Shown: positions 38,832-48,293, counted from the stretch's first letter. The stretch: 64,000 nt of DNA from Candidatus Nomurabacteria bacterium (GCA_020631855.1 JACKGU010000001.1:447597-511596); one strand, 5' to 3'. Translations and numbers: made by a program. Notes: generated by a model from the letters alone, not told the origin.

Positions 38832-39399
38832 AATCATAACCGCTAAATTATCAGGAGAAACCGAGCAGCAGTACACTGCCTTTCTGTTGTACTGTGAAGT
38901 GGGAAGCTTGCGAAAGCTCTTTGACACCTGGGACAAGTTAGGGCAGGCTTCGGGCGAAGTGAGGGCAGATTTTATGAATAAACTTGGGGATCGACCTAGC
39001 CATGCCACCATTGAGCGTTGGAGCAAAAAATACCAGTGGGTTAAGCGAGCCGATGCTAGACTCTCAGAAGAAATGCAGGATTTGGATGAAAAGCTAAGAA
39101 AAATTAAACAGCGTCGTGCCTATCTTATTTCCGAGATTTTTTGGGAGAAACTCAAGCGGGTGCAAAAGCAAATGAAGTCAGGCGAACTAGCAACAGTCCA
39201 AGAAGTTAAAACTCTCTGGGAAATGATGCGCATCGAGTTTGGGGAAACTACCAGTAAACACGAGTTTGTAAACGGAATTAACGAAGCTGAGCAAAAGCCT
39301 CCTACCCCGGAAGAAGAGGAATTGGGCATGGCTATTGATCAGGCGGTGAAAGATTACTACGACAAGTTGCGCCAGAAAAAAGATGAAACAAACAAATGA
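38824..39399 (+). CDS. hypothetical protein (phage-like)
   Basis: 191 aa. Position immediately upstream of the recombinase. Confidence 0.3.
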   Translation: MNEIITAKLSGETEQQYTAFLLYCEVGSLRKLFDTWDKLGQASGEVRADFMNKLGDRPSHATIERWSKKYQWVKRADARLSEEMQDLDEKLRKIKQRRAYLISEIFWEKLKRVQKQMKSGELATVQEVKTLWEMMRIEFGETTSKHEFVNGINEAEQKPPTPEEEELGMAIDQAVKDYYDKLRQKKDETNK

Positions 39400-39468
39400 T
39401 GACTAAAATACATCTTTTAGCCTAGCTATTAATGAACGCTTGCGCTACTATGTAGCTAAAAACAGAAC

Positions 39469-41229
39469 ATGACCATACCAAAAAATAAGAAAAGTTTACG
39501 CTATGTGCTCTATGCTCGTAAGTCTTCAGACAGCGAGGATCGGCAAGTGCAATCCATCGAAAGCCAAGTCACCAAGCTCAGAGAACTGGCTCAGGATAAA
39601 GGTTTTCGGATAGTCAAATCTTTCACTGAAGCCAAGTCAGCCAAGAAACCAGGTAATCGAATCGTTTTTGAAGAAATGATGGCCACTGTTGAGAATGGTG
39701 AAGCAGACGGAATCCTTTGCTGGCAGATCAATCGTCTTTCCAGGAATCCGGTTGATAGCGGCAGAATCAGCTGGCTTCTCCAACAAAATGTGATCAAGTC
39801 CATCCAAACCTATGACCGGGAATACTTGCCAGGTGATAATGTCATTATCTTTAGTGTGGAAGCTGCCAGCTCCAACCAATACATCTTAGACTTGAGCAAG
39901 AATGTCAAACGGGGCTTGGAAACCAAACTTAATAAAGGCTGGTTGCCCAATCTAGCTCCGGCCGGATACTTAAACGAAAAAGTCGAAAACACCATAGTCA
40001 AGGATACAGAGCGGTTTAATTTAATTGCCAAAATGTGGGAATTAATGCTGACCGGAGCCTACACTCCTCCCCAAATTCTCAAGATTGCCAACGAAGATTG
40101 GGGCTACTTAACCAGAAAAACTAAGAGACTAGGTGGCAAGCCCTTATCTAGAAGCGGTATCTATCGAATCTTCACCAATATTTTCTATGCCGGAGTCCTG
40201 GAGCATAAAGGCAGACAGTATGAAGGCAAGCATGAACCAATGATTACTCTGGACGAGTTTGACAGGGTTCAGATGCTTTTAGGTAGAAAGGGCAAACCAA
40301 GACGGAAAACCCATGACTTTGCTTTTACTGGTTTTATTCGTTGTGGAGAGTGTGGTTGCCTCTACACAGCTGAAACTAAGAGGAAGCTGATCAAAAAGAC
40401 CGGCAAATTCAAAGAATACACCTATTACCACTGCACCAGGAAGAAAAAGACCACTAACTGCAGCCAACGCAAGATGGTCCCTTTAAACAAACTAGAAAGA
40501 CAAATTGAGGAGGAACTAGCCAGTATTACTATCATTCCCGACTTTAGGAAGTGGGCCCTAGAAGTCTTAAACGAAAATAATGACCGAGAAATTGCCGATA
40601 GAACCAAGATTCATGAGATGCAAAGCAAAACCTTGCTAACTACCCAGGCGGAATTGGATAACCTAACCAAGATGAGATATCGAGACTTAATTGATGACGA
40701 GATGTTTCTCAAACAAAAGAATGAACTCCAAACCAAGTTAACCGATCTTAAGGCAAAATTGCGCCACACAGAAGAAAGAGCTGAGAAATGGCTAGAACTG
40801 ACTGAGCAAACCTTTAACTTTGCTACCTACGCTCACTCGGCTTTCCTAACCGGAGGGTTAGAACTGAAGAAGGAAATTTTGATGGCTCTGGGTTACAACC
40901 CCAAAATCAAGGCAGGAAAACTCTACCTGGAGACGATGAAGTGGTTTGTGCCCATCAAAAACAATGCCCCAGCACTGCAAAAGGAATATCAAAGGTTAGA
41001 ACTAACCAAAAAGAGCGATAATCAGGCATATTCAGAAGATTTGTTGGCTCTGCGTACACGATGGCGGAGGAGGTGGGATTCGAACCCACGTGCAGGTTGC
41101 CCCGCGCTTGGTTTTCGAGACCAGCCCGTTATGGCCACTTCGGTACTCCTCCACATACAAAATATAGCCAAGGAAAAACGTGCGTTGAACCAAATTGCTT
41201 ACAATCTTAGGCGCATGAGTCGTCCCTAG
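39469..41229 (+). CDS. large serine recombinase (serine integrase)
   Basis: N-terminal resolvase catalytic domain YVLYARKSSDSEDRQVQSIESQ (catalytic Ser), recombinase domain, zinc-ribbon FIRCGECGCLY...YYHCTRKKKTTNC, coiled-coil C-terminus. The last ~55 codons run across tRNA-Ser(CGA) on the opposite strand, so the true C-terminus is uncertain. Confidence 0.85.
   Translation: MTIPKNKKSLRYVLYARKSSDSEDRQVQSIESQVTKLRELAQDKGFRIVKSFTEAKSAKKPGNRIVFEEMMATVENGEADGILCWQINRLSRNPVDSGRISWLLQQNVIKSIQTYDREYLPGDNVIIFSVEAASSNQYILDLSKNVKRGLETKLNKGWLPNLAPAGYLNEKVENTIVKDTERFNLIAKMWELMLTGAYTPPQILKIANEDWGYLTRKTKRLGGKPLSRSGIYRIFTNIFYAGVLEHKGRQYEGKHEPMITLDEFDRVQMLLGRKGKPRRKTHDFAFTGFIRCGECGCLYTAETKRKLIKKTGKFKEYTYYHCTRKKKTTNCSQRKMVPLNKLERQIEEELASITIIPDFRKWALEVLNENNDREIADRTKIHEMQSKTLLTTQAELDNLTKMRYRDLIDDEMFLKQKNELQTKLTDLKAKLRHTEERAEKWLELTEQTFNFATYAHSAFLTGGLELKKEILMALGYNPKIKAGKLYLETMKWFVPIKNNAPALQKEYQRLELTKKSDNQAYSEDLLALRTRWRRRWDSNPRAGCPALGFRDQPVMATSVLLHIQNIAKEKRALNQIAYNLRRMSRP
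41062..41152 (-). tRNA. tRNA-Ser (anticodon CGA), CCA encoded
   Basis: GGAGGAGTACCGAAGTGGCCATAACGGGCTGGTCTCGAAAACCAAGCGCGGGGCAACCTGCACGTGGGTTCGAATCCCACCTCCTCCGCCA. Long variable arm, perfect acceptor and T stems, one 27:43 mismatch. Confidence 0.8.
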
Positions 41230-41343
41230 ATAAAAGGTAAAAACGCTTGTATTAAAACTTCGGCTTTAGTGATTATACACTGCCGCAAAGCAAATTTCTA
41301 AAAAATCACGGCAAACCCGGGCAAAGCTCTGTCCTAAGAGTAA

Positions 41344-41787
41344 TTAGTTTGCAGGAACTGGAAGATCTTCGGAAATGCTTGTGACTAAAGGGTTCTGCCT
41401 GAGCTCTTCGTACGTTTCTGCATTCACTCGTACGGCTAGATTCGGCAAAGTGGTATAAACCTTATACACCTCTATGCGGTCGCCAAACTCATCAATTAGA
41501 AACTCTTGAGCTTCAGAAATGGCCTCACGTTGTGCTTCTACCTGCTCTGGTAATAAGTTTCCTTCCGGAGTAAAGGGTACTTTTAGAGAAAGTATTAAAT
41601 TAAAGGTTTTTTCCTGAGACTCATTCAAGCCCAGGCCCTGTTCTGTAAACTCTGTAAGCCGTTTTTGCTGCATTTTCTTAACAACTTGTGAAACTAAAAC
41701 GGCCGCTAAAAGCAACAACAGCACAAAAAAAAGTGCCCAGAACTTGCTTTTAAAAATATAGGCTGTATCTTTTTTGTGTTTTTCCAT
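41344..41787 (-). CDS. hypothetical membrane-anchored protein
   Basis: 147 aa. N-terminal TM (FWALFFVLLLLLAAVLV), acidic C-terminal domain. Confidence 0.4.
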   Translation of the reverse strand: MEKHKKDTAYIFKSKFWALFFVLLLLLAAVLVSQVVKKMQQKRLTEFTEQGLGLNESQEKTFNLILSLKVPFTPEGNLLPEQVEAQREAISEAQEFLIDEFGDRIEVYKVYTTLPNLAVRVNAETYEELRQNPLVTSISEDLPVPAN

Positions 41788-41816
41788 AGACCCTCAAGAA
41801 TAACTTGGTGCAAATC

Positions 41817-41892
41817 TGGTGGACTGTAGCGGAATCGAACCGCTGGCCTCTTCAATGCGAATGAAGCGCTCTACCAACTGAGCTAACAGCCC
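41817..41892 (-). tRNA. tRNA-Ala (anticodon CGC), CCA encoded
   Basis: GGGCTGTTAGCTCAGTTGGTAGAGCGCTTCATTCGCATTGAAGAGGCCAGCGGTTCGATTCCGCTACAGTCCACCA. G3:U70 alanine identity pair present. Confidence 0.9.
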
Positions 41893-41965
41893 GTACACTG
41901 CACATTATACCAATAATTCAAAAAAACGTGCTGTTTAGATAAGGGACATTCTTCAAGGCGTACAT

Positions 41966-43672
41966 CTAAGAATGATCTTTTGTCGGGTGGGTGTGTCCCA
42001 GCTCTACTCTATTTTTGAGATACTCGATATTTTTTTCTCGTTGTTTTAGTAAATCGTCAACCCCTGCCCAGTGCTTGCCGGCAAGCATCGAAGAGAAATG
42101 TCCGCCAATAAAATGCGGCAAAATTACATAAGCCGCTCCTTTATCGTAAAGCTGAAGAGCCTCCGCGAGGTTATGTGACATTACTATGGCCGCAATACTA
42201 GGATTTATAGATATTGCCTTAGATATCAGAAATGTGTTTGTCTCATAATCCGGAATGGTCGAGATTATCATTTTTACATTTTGTAAATTCAAGGCTTCAA
42301 TAAGCTCCGCGTCTTCGGCATCGCCATAAATACAATTAAATCCTTGGGCATTCAGTTGTTTTATTATTAAGGGATCAAAATCAACTGCTAAAAATCCGTT
42401 GCCAAGTTCTTTAAATAGCTTTAGGAAATCGTACCCGACCCTGTTACAACCAAAAAGAACAACCTCGGGAGAAGAAATTTTATAATGTTCCGATTTTGAA
42501 GATTTCCGCTCAAAGATAACGAGATATTTTGCTAATTTTGCGTAAATAGTTTCGGAATATATAATCAAATAAGTTGAGCCTGCAATAGTAATTAGACCCA
42601 CTACCGTAACTAGCGAGAGTATTTTCTGGCTTAAATGTCCGGCCTGGACTCCAAGTAAAATCAAGATCAGGGAGAACTCACTTATCTGAGCCACCGTAAG
42701 TCCTGCCATAAATCCTGTTTTTTTGTTATAACGCAGAAGCCCCATTAACACCATAACGATTACCGGATTACCAATAAGAACAAAGGCCGAAAAAACTAGG
42801 GCTTGAGGAAGAATTGTAGCAATACTATCAAGACTCATTTTCATCCCTAATAAAACAAAAAACATAATTATAAAAAAATCACGTAGAGGCTTGAGCTTAG
42901 ATCCTATTTCGTGGTTATAGGGAGACATCGACAGTGTGACACCAGCTATCAAAGCTCCTATTTCAATAGAAAAGCCCATATAGGCAAAAATGTTTGCTAA
43001 ACCCAGCCCCCACCCAATTGCAAAAAGAAATAAAAATTCCTGTGATTTAGCAAAAAATCCGCTTAGTGTAGGTAGAATCTTAATGCTTATGAAGGAAAGT
43101 ATCGCTGTTAAAACTGCGCCTTTCAGGATTGTGAAAAGAATAAGAGTATAAGCGTTCATGTCTCCCTTCGAGGCGGTGGAAACGACAACCAGAATAATTG
43201 TTGCGATAATGTCCTGAACGAGCAAAAAACCTATTGAGATTCTGCCGTAAAGCTTTTCGACATCTTTTTTATCTGTTAACAACTTTAAAATTATGATTGT
43301 GCTACTAAACGTGAGCGCAACGGCTATAAAAAGGGTTTCAACCAAACTGTACCCAAAAGCTAAAGCTATGAGGGAACCGAAAAAAGTGGTAAAAAGAACT
43401 TGCCCGACTCCGGTTATTACAGCAATCTTTCCAACTTCGCGCACAATTTTAGGGCTTAAACCCAAGCCTACAATAAACAACAGCACTGCAATTCCGATTT
43501 GCGAAAAAGTCTCAATAGTTTCTGAGGAATGGGTTAAGTTTAAAAAATATGGCCCAGCAACCAACCCCGTAAGAATATGGCCCATGATCAAGGGCTGCTT
43601 CAGTAACTGCATTATACCGGCCATAGTCATAGCTATAAAAATAATAATGCTGATCTCTGTAAAAACGTTCAT
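41966..43672 (-). CDS. CPA2-family monovalent cation:proton antiporter with C-terminal RCK/TrkA-N domain (KefB-like)
   Basis: 568 aa with ~12 TM (Na_H exchanger-like), then a GxGxxG Rossmann region VVLFGCNRVGYDFLKLFKELGNGFLAVDFD. Confidence 0.85.
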   Translation of the reverse strand: MNVFTEISIIIFIAMTMAGIMQLLKQPLIMGHILTGLVAGPYFLNLTHSSETIETFSQIGIAVLLFIVGLGLSPKIVREVGKIAVITGVGQVLFTTFFGSLIALAFGYSLVETLFIAVALTFSSTIIILKLLTDKKDVEKLYGRISIGFLLVQDIIATIILVVVSTASKGDMNAYTLILFTILKGAVLTAILSFISIKILPTLSGFFAKSQEFLFLFAIGWGLGLANIFAYMGFSIEIGALIAGVTLSMSPYNHEIGSKLKPLRDFFIIMFFVLLGMKMSLDSIATILPQALVFSAFVLIGNPVIVMVLMGLLRYNKKTGFMAGLTVAQISEFSLILILLGVQAGHLSQKILSLVTVVGLITIAGSTYLIIYSETIYAKLAKYLVIFERKSSKSEHYKISSPEVVLFGCNRVGYDFLKLFKELGNGFLAVDFDPLIIKQLNAQGFNCIYGDAEDAELIEALNLQNVKMIISTIPDYETNTFLISKAISINPSIAAIVMSHNLAEALQLYDKGAAYVILPHFIGGHFSSMLAGKHWAGVDDLLKQREKNIEYLKNRVELGHTHPTKDHS

Positions 43673-44023
43673 AGGCAGTGCTTCAATGATAGCACGAGGG
43701 AATATGTGTTTCTACCTGATATACATTCCACGGACTTCTCGAACAGAATACCCTAAAAAATTGATACAACTAATGGGAATTTTTATACCACGGATAGTTC
43801 TGGGGGCGGGGTCCTCAGTAAATTTTTTTACTTAAGACAAGCTTCTCTTTTCCTGGGGGAAGGGTTCTTGGGTACTCGAATTGGCGCCCCAGTAATATAA
43901 AACGCAGTACTGAAAAAAACAAGCTGGCCCAAGAAAGCCGAAGAAATGTAATAAAAACACAGCAACACTATAGTAAAAATAGCACTGAGCGGGCACTATA
44001 GGACAGTAAAGATTCTATGCGGG

Positions 44024-44695
44024 CTATTCCTCAGTATTCTTTACAATAATGGCTTCGCGTAAACGTACAAAGCCCGTAGTCTGTTCCCACCATTGAAAAA
44101 AATCAGTTTTTTTACTTTCCTGTAATTTTGAGGGGTCGTTGGGATCATAATAAACATAGGCTTCATCTTCCTGCCTAACAATAACAACATAATGATTGGC
44201 TCCCACTAAACATATCACGAAGGCGCCGCCAGTCAAAGCAAGTTTAAAAGTTATTTCAGGATCTTCATCCGTTTCCCAAAGACTGAAAGAATGTTCATAT
44301 ACTAGCGAATTAGCACATTCTTTTAAACCAGAGGCGGTCACCAAAACACCATCAGAGCCGTCTAATTCCCTAGCAACATCTTCCAACTTGTTGCTGTCAA
44401 AGTGGAGGAATTCCTCCCAGTCTACTTGTGTTCTATATTCACACTGTAACCCCTGCGTCGCTAGAAACTTCAAAATTTTATCGGGCAAAGTACCCAGATC
44501 TTTTTCTTTGCCAATCTCAGCACGCATATCGTTTAAAGGCCTGTACTGTATTCCTCTAAAATTATGAGCACAAAAGAAAGCGGCAAAAACACCACAATCT
44601 TTAAGCCCCCTATTCGACGCCGTAGGGAGAAAATACTCACCTTCAATTCTTTTTCGGCCTTCCGACCCATGTGTAATTTCTTCTTTAATAGACAT
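44024..44695 (-). CDS. papain-like cysteine peptidase domain protein (C39-like)
   Basis: Candidate catalytic Cys in LKDCGVFAAFFC (C39 DCGxAC-like) and His in GANHYVVIVR (C39 HYVVL-like). Assigned by motif resemblance only. Confidence 0.5.
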   Translation of the reverse strand: MSIKEEITHGSEGRKRIEGEYFLPTASNRGLKDCGVFAAFFCAHNFRGIQYRPLNDMRAEIGKEKDLGTLPDKILKFLATQGLQCEYRTQVDWEEFLHFDSNKLEDVARELDGSDGVLVTASGLKECANSLVYEHSFSLWETDEDPEITFKLALTGGAFVICLVGANHYVVIVRQEDEAYVYYDPNDPSKLQESKKTDFFQWWEQTTGFVRLREAIIVKNTEE

Positions 44696-44724
44696 GCCCT
44701 AATTTACACGGTTTTATGCAACAG

Positions 44725-44800
44725 TGGTGTGCCCGGAGGGACTCGAACCCCCGACTTCAGCGTCCGCAACGCTGCGCTCTATCCTCTGAGCTACGGGCAC
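44725..44800 (-). tRNA. tRNA-Arg (anticodon GCG), CCA encoded
   Basis: GTGCCCGTAGCTCAGAGGATAGAGCGCAGCGTTGCGGACGCTGAAGTCGGGGGTTCGAGTCCCTCCGGGCACACCA. Anticodon loop UUGCGGA, A20 in D-loop. The gene encodes G34, not the usual A34. Confidence 0.8.
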
Positions 44801-44900
44801 ATAAAACCTTTTCGATACTTGGGATTATAGTAGAGTAAGAGCAAAATTGCTACAGTTTGCGACTTTTTACTTAAAAAGGCGGAGTCAACAACTACTCGAC

Positions 44901-45500
44901 TTACACATTAAGCTTGCTTATCAATTCTCGATATGCCTTATCCAAAAAGTTTTCCGGCATTTCTTCCAACATGTCCATATGTACAGAAAGTAATTGGATT
45001 AACTCCTGCTCATCAATTTTGCTACCGGTTAAAGTGAGGTAGATTCTTGGAGGAAAAGCTTCGTAAGCATCAATACCTAGAACTCTAAGATCGTCGCGGT
45101 CAAAAATAAAGAAATGCTTTAGTTCATCCCAAAAATAGAACTTTCCCTCTATCTCTAGGCCTTGATTTGTTATTTTATATAAAACGGTTTCGGGAGCATT
45201 TTTTGTAAGAGCATAAGATAGTATGTATATACCCAGTATCAAAGCTATTAATGTAAATTCTTTTGCCGCTATAAGAAGTGCAGCAAAAAACACACCTATT
45301 ACCATAAGAGTTCGTAAAAACTTTTGGCTGAGTGGCTTTCTGTGAGGCCTTGCTAAAGCCTCCCATTCATATATAGTTTTTCTGTCTGATTTTTTTGGTC
45401 GTGCTTTTTCTTTTAGCTCTTGCTCTCTTTGATAGATGTTTTCTTCTTTTCTAGTGGTGAAACCCATAACCTCACTAAGATATTTTAGGTTTAAATTCAT
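44901..45500 (-). CDS. hypothetical membrane protein
   Basis: 199 aa. Two central TM helices (LMVIGVFFAALLIAA..., LIALILGIYILSYAL). Confidence 0.4.
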   Translation of the reverse strand: MNLNLKYLSEVMGFTTRKEENIYQREQELKEKARPKKSDRKTIYEWEALARPHRKPLSQKFLRTLMVIGVFFAALLIAAKEFTLIALILGIYILSYALTKNAPETVLYKITNQGLEIEGKFYFWDELKHFFIFDRDDLRVLGIDAYEAFPPRIYLTLTGSKIDEQELIQLLSVHMDMLEEMPENFLDKAYRELISKLNV

Positions 45501-45690
45501 ACTACAATGATATAGTTTTTTTAGTCTTTATTCAACAACACTCCATAAAAAAGTTTTGAGTTGGTGTGTTTCTAACAAAACGAGCTATTTTTTCGTGGAG
45601 TATTTCTGATCTGGTTGTTTTGGCAGGAAAAGATGGTGGCCGCGGATAAATCCGCGGCCACTAAATCAAAAAAACACAAAGTAAACTGCT

Positions 45691-46161
45691 CTAAGCTTTA
45701 GGCTCAGACTCAGCCGTCGCCTGTGGCGCACTATTGCTAACAACAGGGGCTGCGGGTGCCTCGCCGTAAGCATTGGGGCCTGCATCGCTTGGCAAAACAG
45801 TAAATACAAAAACTATGATACCGCCAATAAAAGGTATGAGGCTTAGAAGCAACAACCAGCCGGATTTATTTGTATCATGTAGCCTTCTAACAGAAACGGC
45901 TATAGACGGTATAAGTACGGCAAACATATATACGTAGTAGACTATGGAAAAAATTGCTCCAAGATTTGTGTTTATATTAGAAGAAACTCCCATTACAAAA
46001 GCAAGGGCAAAATAAATTCCGACGTTGATTAGCTGGAACATCCAGTATTCACTACGGCCGGCCCGCCCGCTAAAATCAGCGTATTTTTTTAAAACAGTTA
46101 TGTACCAATCCATGGTAATCTCCTTATAAATAAATATATATCTACGATAAGTAGACAACAT
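45691..46161 (-). CDS. DUF805 family inner-membrane protein
   Basis: SGRAGRSEYWMFQL and SVRRLHDTNKSGWLLLL match the DUF805 (YhaH-like) signature. True start is probably the internal Met (MDWYITVLKKY). Confidence 0.7.
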   Translation of the reverse strand: MLSTYRRYIFIYKEITMDWYITVLKKYADFSGRAGRSEYWMFQLINVGIYFALAFVMGVSSNINTNLGAIFSIVYYVYMFAVLIPSIAVSVRRLHDTNKSGWLLLLSLIPFIGGIIVFVFTVLPSDAGPNAYGEAPAAPVVSNSAPQATAESEPKA

Positions 46162-46235
46162 AATAATACAGCAGTTGCATTCCTAGGGCAATCTGGGATA
46201 AAGGAAAGGTAAATCTTTCAAATAGTCGGGGTGCG

Positions 46236-46523
46236 CTAAATTTGCTGTTTAAAAGTCTGCAACCTAAGCCTAAGAACTAAAATGAGAACATTTAGTAATA
46301 ACATAACCAAGGAAACTACTCTGAATAAAACATCGGGAAGTACAAAAAGGCTATATAAAAAGGTGACAATAGCCGACAAAGTCCAGACTTGATATGACCT
46401 TGAGTTGGCGGAGGGTTTTTTGTGAAACCACAAATCTTTAATTGTAGGCCAATACGCAATCGCATCAACTAAAGAAGTTGCGCCATAAGCAAAAATAATA
46501 AATTTCAAAATAATTTCATGCAT
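46236..46523 (-). CDS. small hypothetical membrane protein
   Basis: 95 aa, three hydrophobic helices. Confidence 0.3.
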   Translation of the reverse strand: MHEIILKFIIFAYGATSLVDAIAYWPTIKDLWFHKKPSANSRSYQVWTLSAIVTFLYSLFVLPDVLFRVVSLVMLLLNVLILVLRLRLQTFKQQI

Positions 46524-46879
46524 ATATACCGGAAAGGCAGCGTTTTACACAAATCAAAATTCAAAAAAACCTCCGAACACAAAAGCTTTTCTAGAGAATA
46601 TCCCTACAAAACGACATTTCAGCCTAAGCATCAGCGGCGTGTTTTCGAAAACTCCAACAGATTTCGCCAAAAACTCGTAGAGAGTGCGGTATTCGTGTCA
46701 AACCCCCGCCCCCTCAGCTAACCTATAGAAACAATCCTTTCAAGACGAACTATTTCAAGTTTTTAGTTTCTCTTTTAGCGTTGCTCAACGCTTAGCCTAG
46801 TTTTGCGGAAAATTCTTTTCTTTAACTTTTCGAGATACGCAAAGTTAAGCTATATCAATATTTTATCATTTTTTTAATT

Positions 46880-47010
46880 TTCAGAGCGAAATATGAGAGA
46901 GTGCTGAGCTGAGGCGCGAACCAGATATACTGTAGTTAGGCGAGGGTGAGCGAGGAGAGTAGAATCTCCCCTACTATCCGAGCGAAAGCGCAGCGTCCCC
47001 TTGAGTCGCG
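46880..47010. other. GC-rich intergenic island, possible small structured RNA or degraded att region
   Basis: GAGAGAGTGCTGAGCTGAGGCGCGAACCAGATATACTGTAGTTAGGCGAGGGTGAGCGAGGAGAGTAGAATCTCCCCTACTATCCGAGCGAAAGCGCAGCGTCCCC, containing hairpin GGAGA-GTAGAA-TCTCC. About 60% GC against ~35% background. Confidence 0.2.
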
Positions 47011-47345
47011 AAGAAATAAGCTACTTACTTTTTTGGCTTGTAAATGATTTTGAATGCAAGTTCAAAAATGAACAAAAAACCTACTGCTTTGAGAGCCGAG
47101 CTATCAACATCCAACAAGCTTAGTATGACGAAAACTCCCAATGCCATGGCAATTGAGAGAGAGTGAATTTGTTCTAGTGAAAATCGTTTATTATTCATAA
47201 TTTACAAGCCTAATTATAATCTATTTCTTCGCAATTTCGCCTAACTAATTCTTATACGACGTATCTTCACCAACATAACTACAGTTCGTAGACTATACGA
47301 AACTACAGCAGTGTTTATAACTACATAATACACTTAGATATTCAT

Positions 47346-48261
47346 ATGTTAAACAGCTTTATGCAAACAGAATTACAAAAAACAGAAAGGGAGTTAAAAA
47401 TCAATAACTATAGCTTTAAAACCTCTAAAAGTTGTCTCTATGGCTTACGAAAGTATTTTTCTTTTAAAGAAAACAATTTAGCGGAATTTGAACTGGATAG
47501 CATTAAAAATTTTCTTCTCCAATGCCAACAAAAACGTATATCGCCTCAAAGCAGAAATTTATTTCTAAATGCAATTAAATTTTACTACCGTAATGTAGCA
47601 AAGAACATACAAAAAATCGATATTAGATCGGCTAAAGAGCCTAAAAGCCTACCTGCCGTTTTGTCTAGAAGTGAGGTAAAAAGAGTCTTGGAATCCCAAA
47701 AAACATTAAGCACAAGCTTCTGCTTTCACTTGCTTACGGGGCAGGGTTGAGAGTAGCGAAGTGGTTAACTTGACAGTACAAAATTTAGATCTTGAAGAGC
47801 TGACAGTGCATGTTAAACAAGCAAAAGGCCAAAAAGATAGAATAAGCGTAATACCGAAAGCCTTAGTTACCGGTTTGGATAATTTAACTACAGCAAAAAA
47901 GCCGGGGACATTGTCTTTGAAAGCGAACGTGGGGGAAAATTATCCACCAGAACAGCACAAAAAGTTTTTAAAAATGCTTTACGAGCATCTAGTATAAAAA
48001 AGAACGCCACTTTTCATTCACTAACACTCTTTTGCAACACACTTGCTTGAAAATGGTACCGATGTCCGCTATGTACAAAACTTCTTGGGCATCAAAATAT
48101 CAGAACAACACAAAGATATACACAGGTCACCAATCCATTACTCAAAAATATTAAAAGTCCGCTATTATAAAAATGGGGGAAACCGGCCTTTGACTAGACT
48201 TTCGATAGCGGGACAAAATAAAAAATCCAATTTGTGCTTGGAATTGGCCGGTAAGCTCTAA
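47346..48261 (+). pseudogene. tyrosine recombinase/integrase pseudogene (three frame-disrupted fragments), paralog of 26056-26691
   Basis: ORFs 47346-47750, 47761-47997 and 48043-48261 together align with the 25.8-26.7 kb integrase (…SLPAVLSRSEV…LAYGAGLRVAEVVNL…TVHVKQAKGQKDRISV…ATFHSL…LENGTDVRYVQNFLG…). Frameshifts and stops interrupt it. Confidence 0.8.
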
Positions 48262-48293
48262 CCTCGAGCGAGCCAACAAAGACATTTTCCAAC

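Noticed and set aside
19861-47010. Possibility that the two GC-rich islands (19.9 kb and 46.9 kb) are att sites delimiting one 27-kb island
   Set aside because: Shared words are 10-14 nt in swapped order, within chance expectation for a 64-kb window. The interval contains essential genes (proS) and three separate recombinase/tRNA junctions, so several smaller elements fit better.
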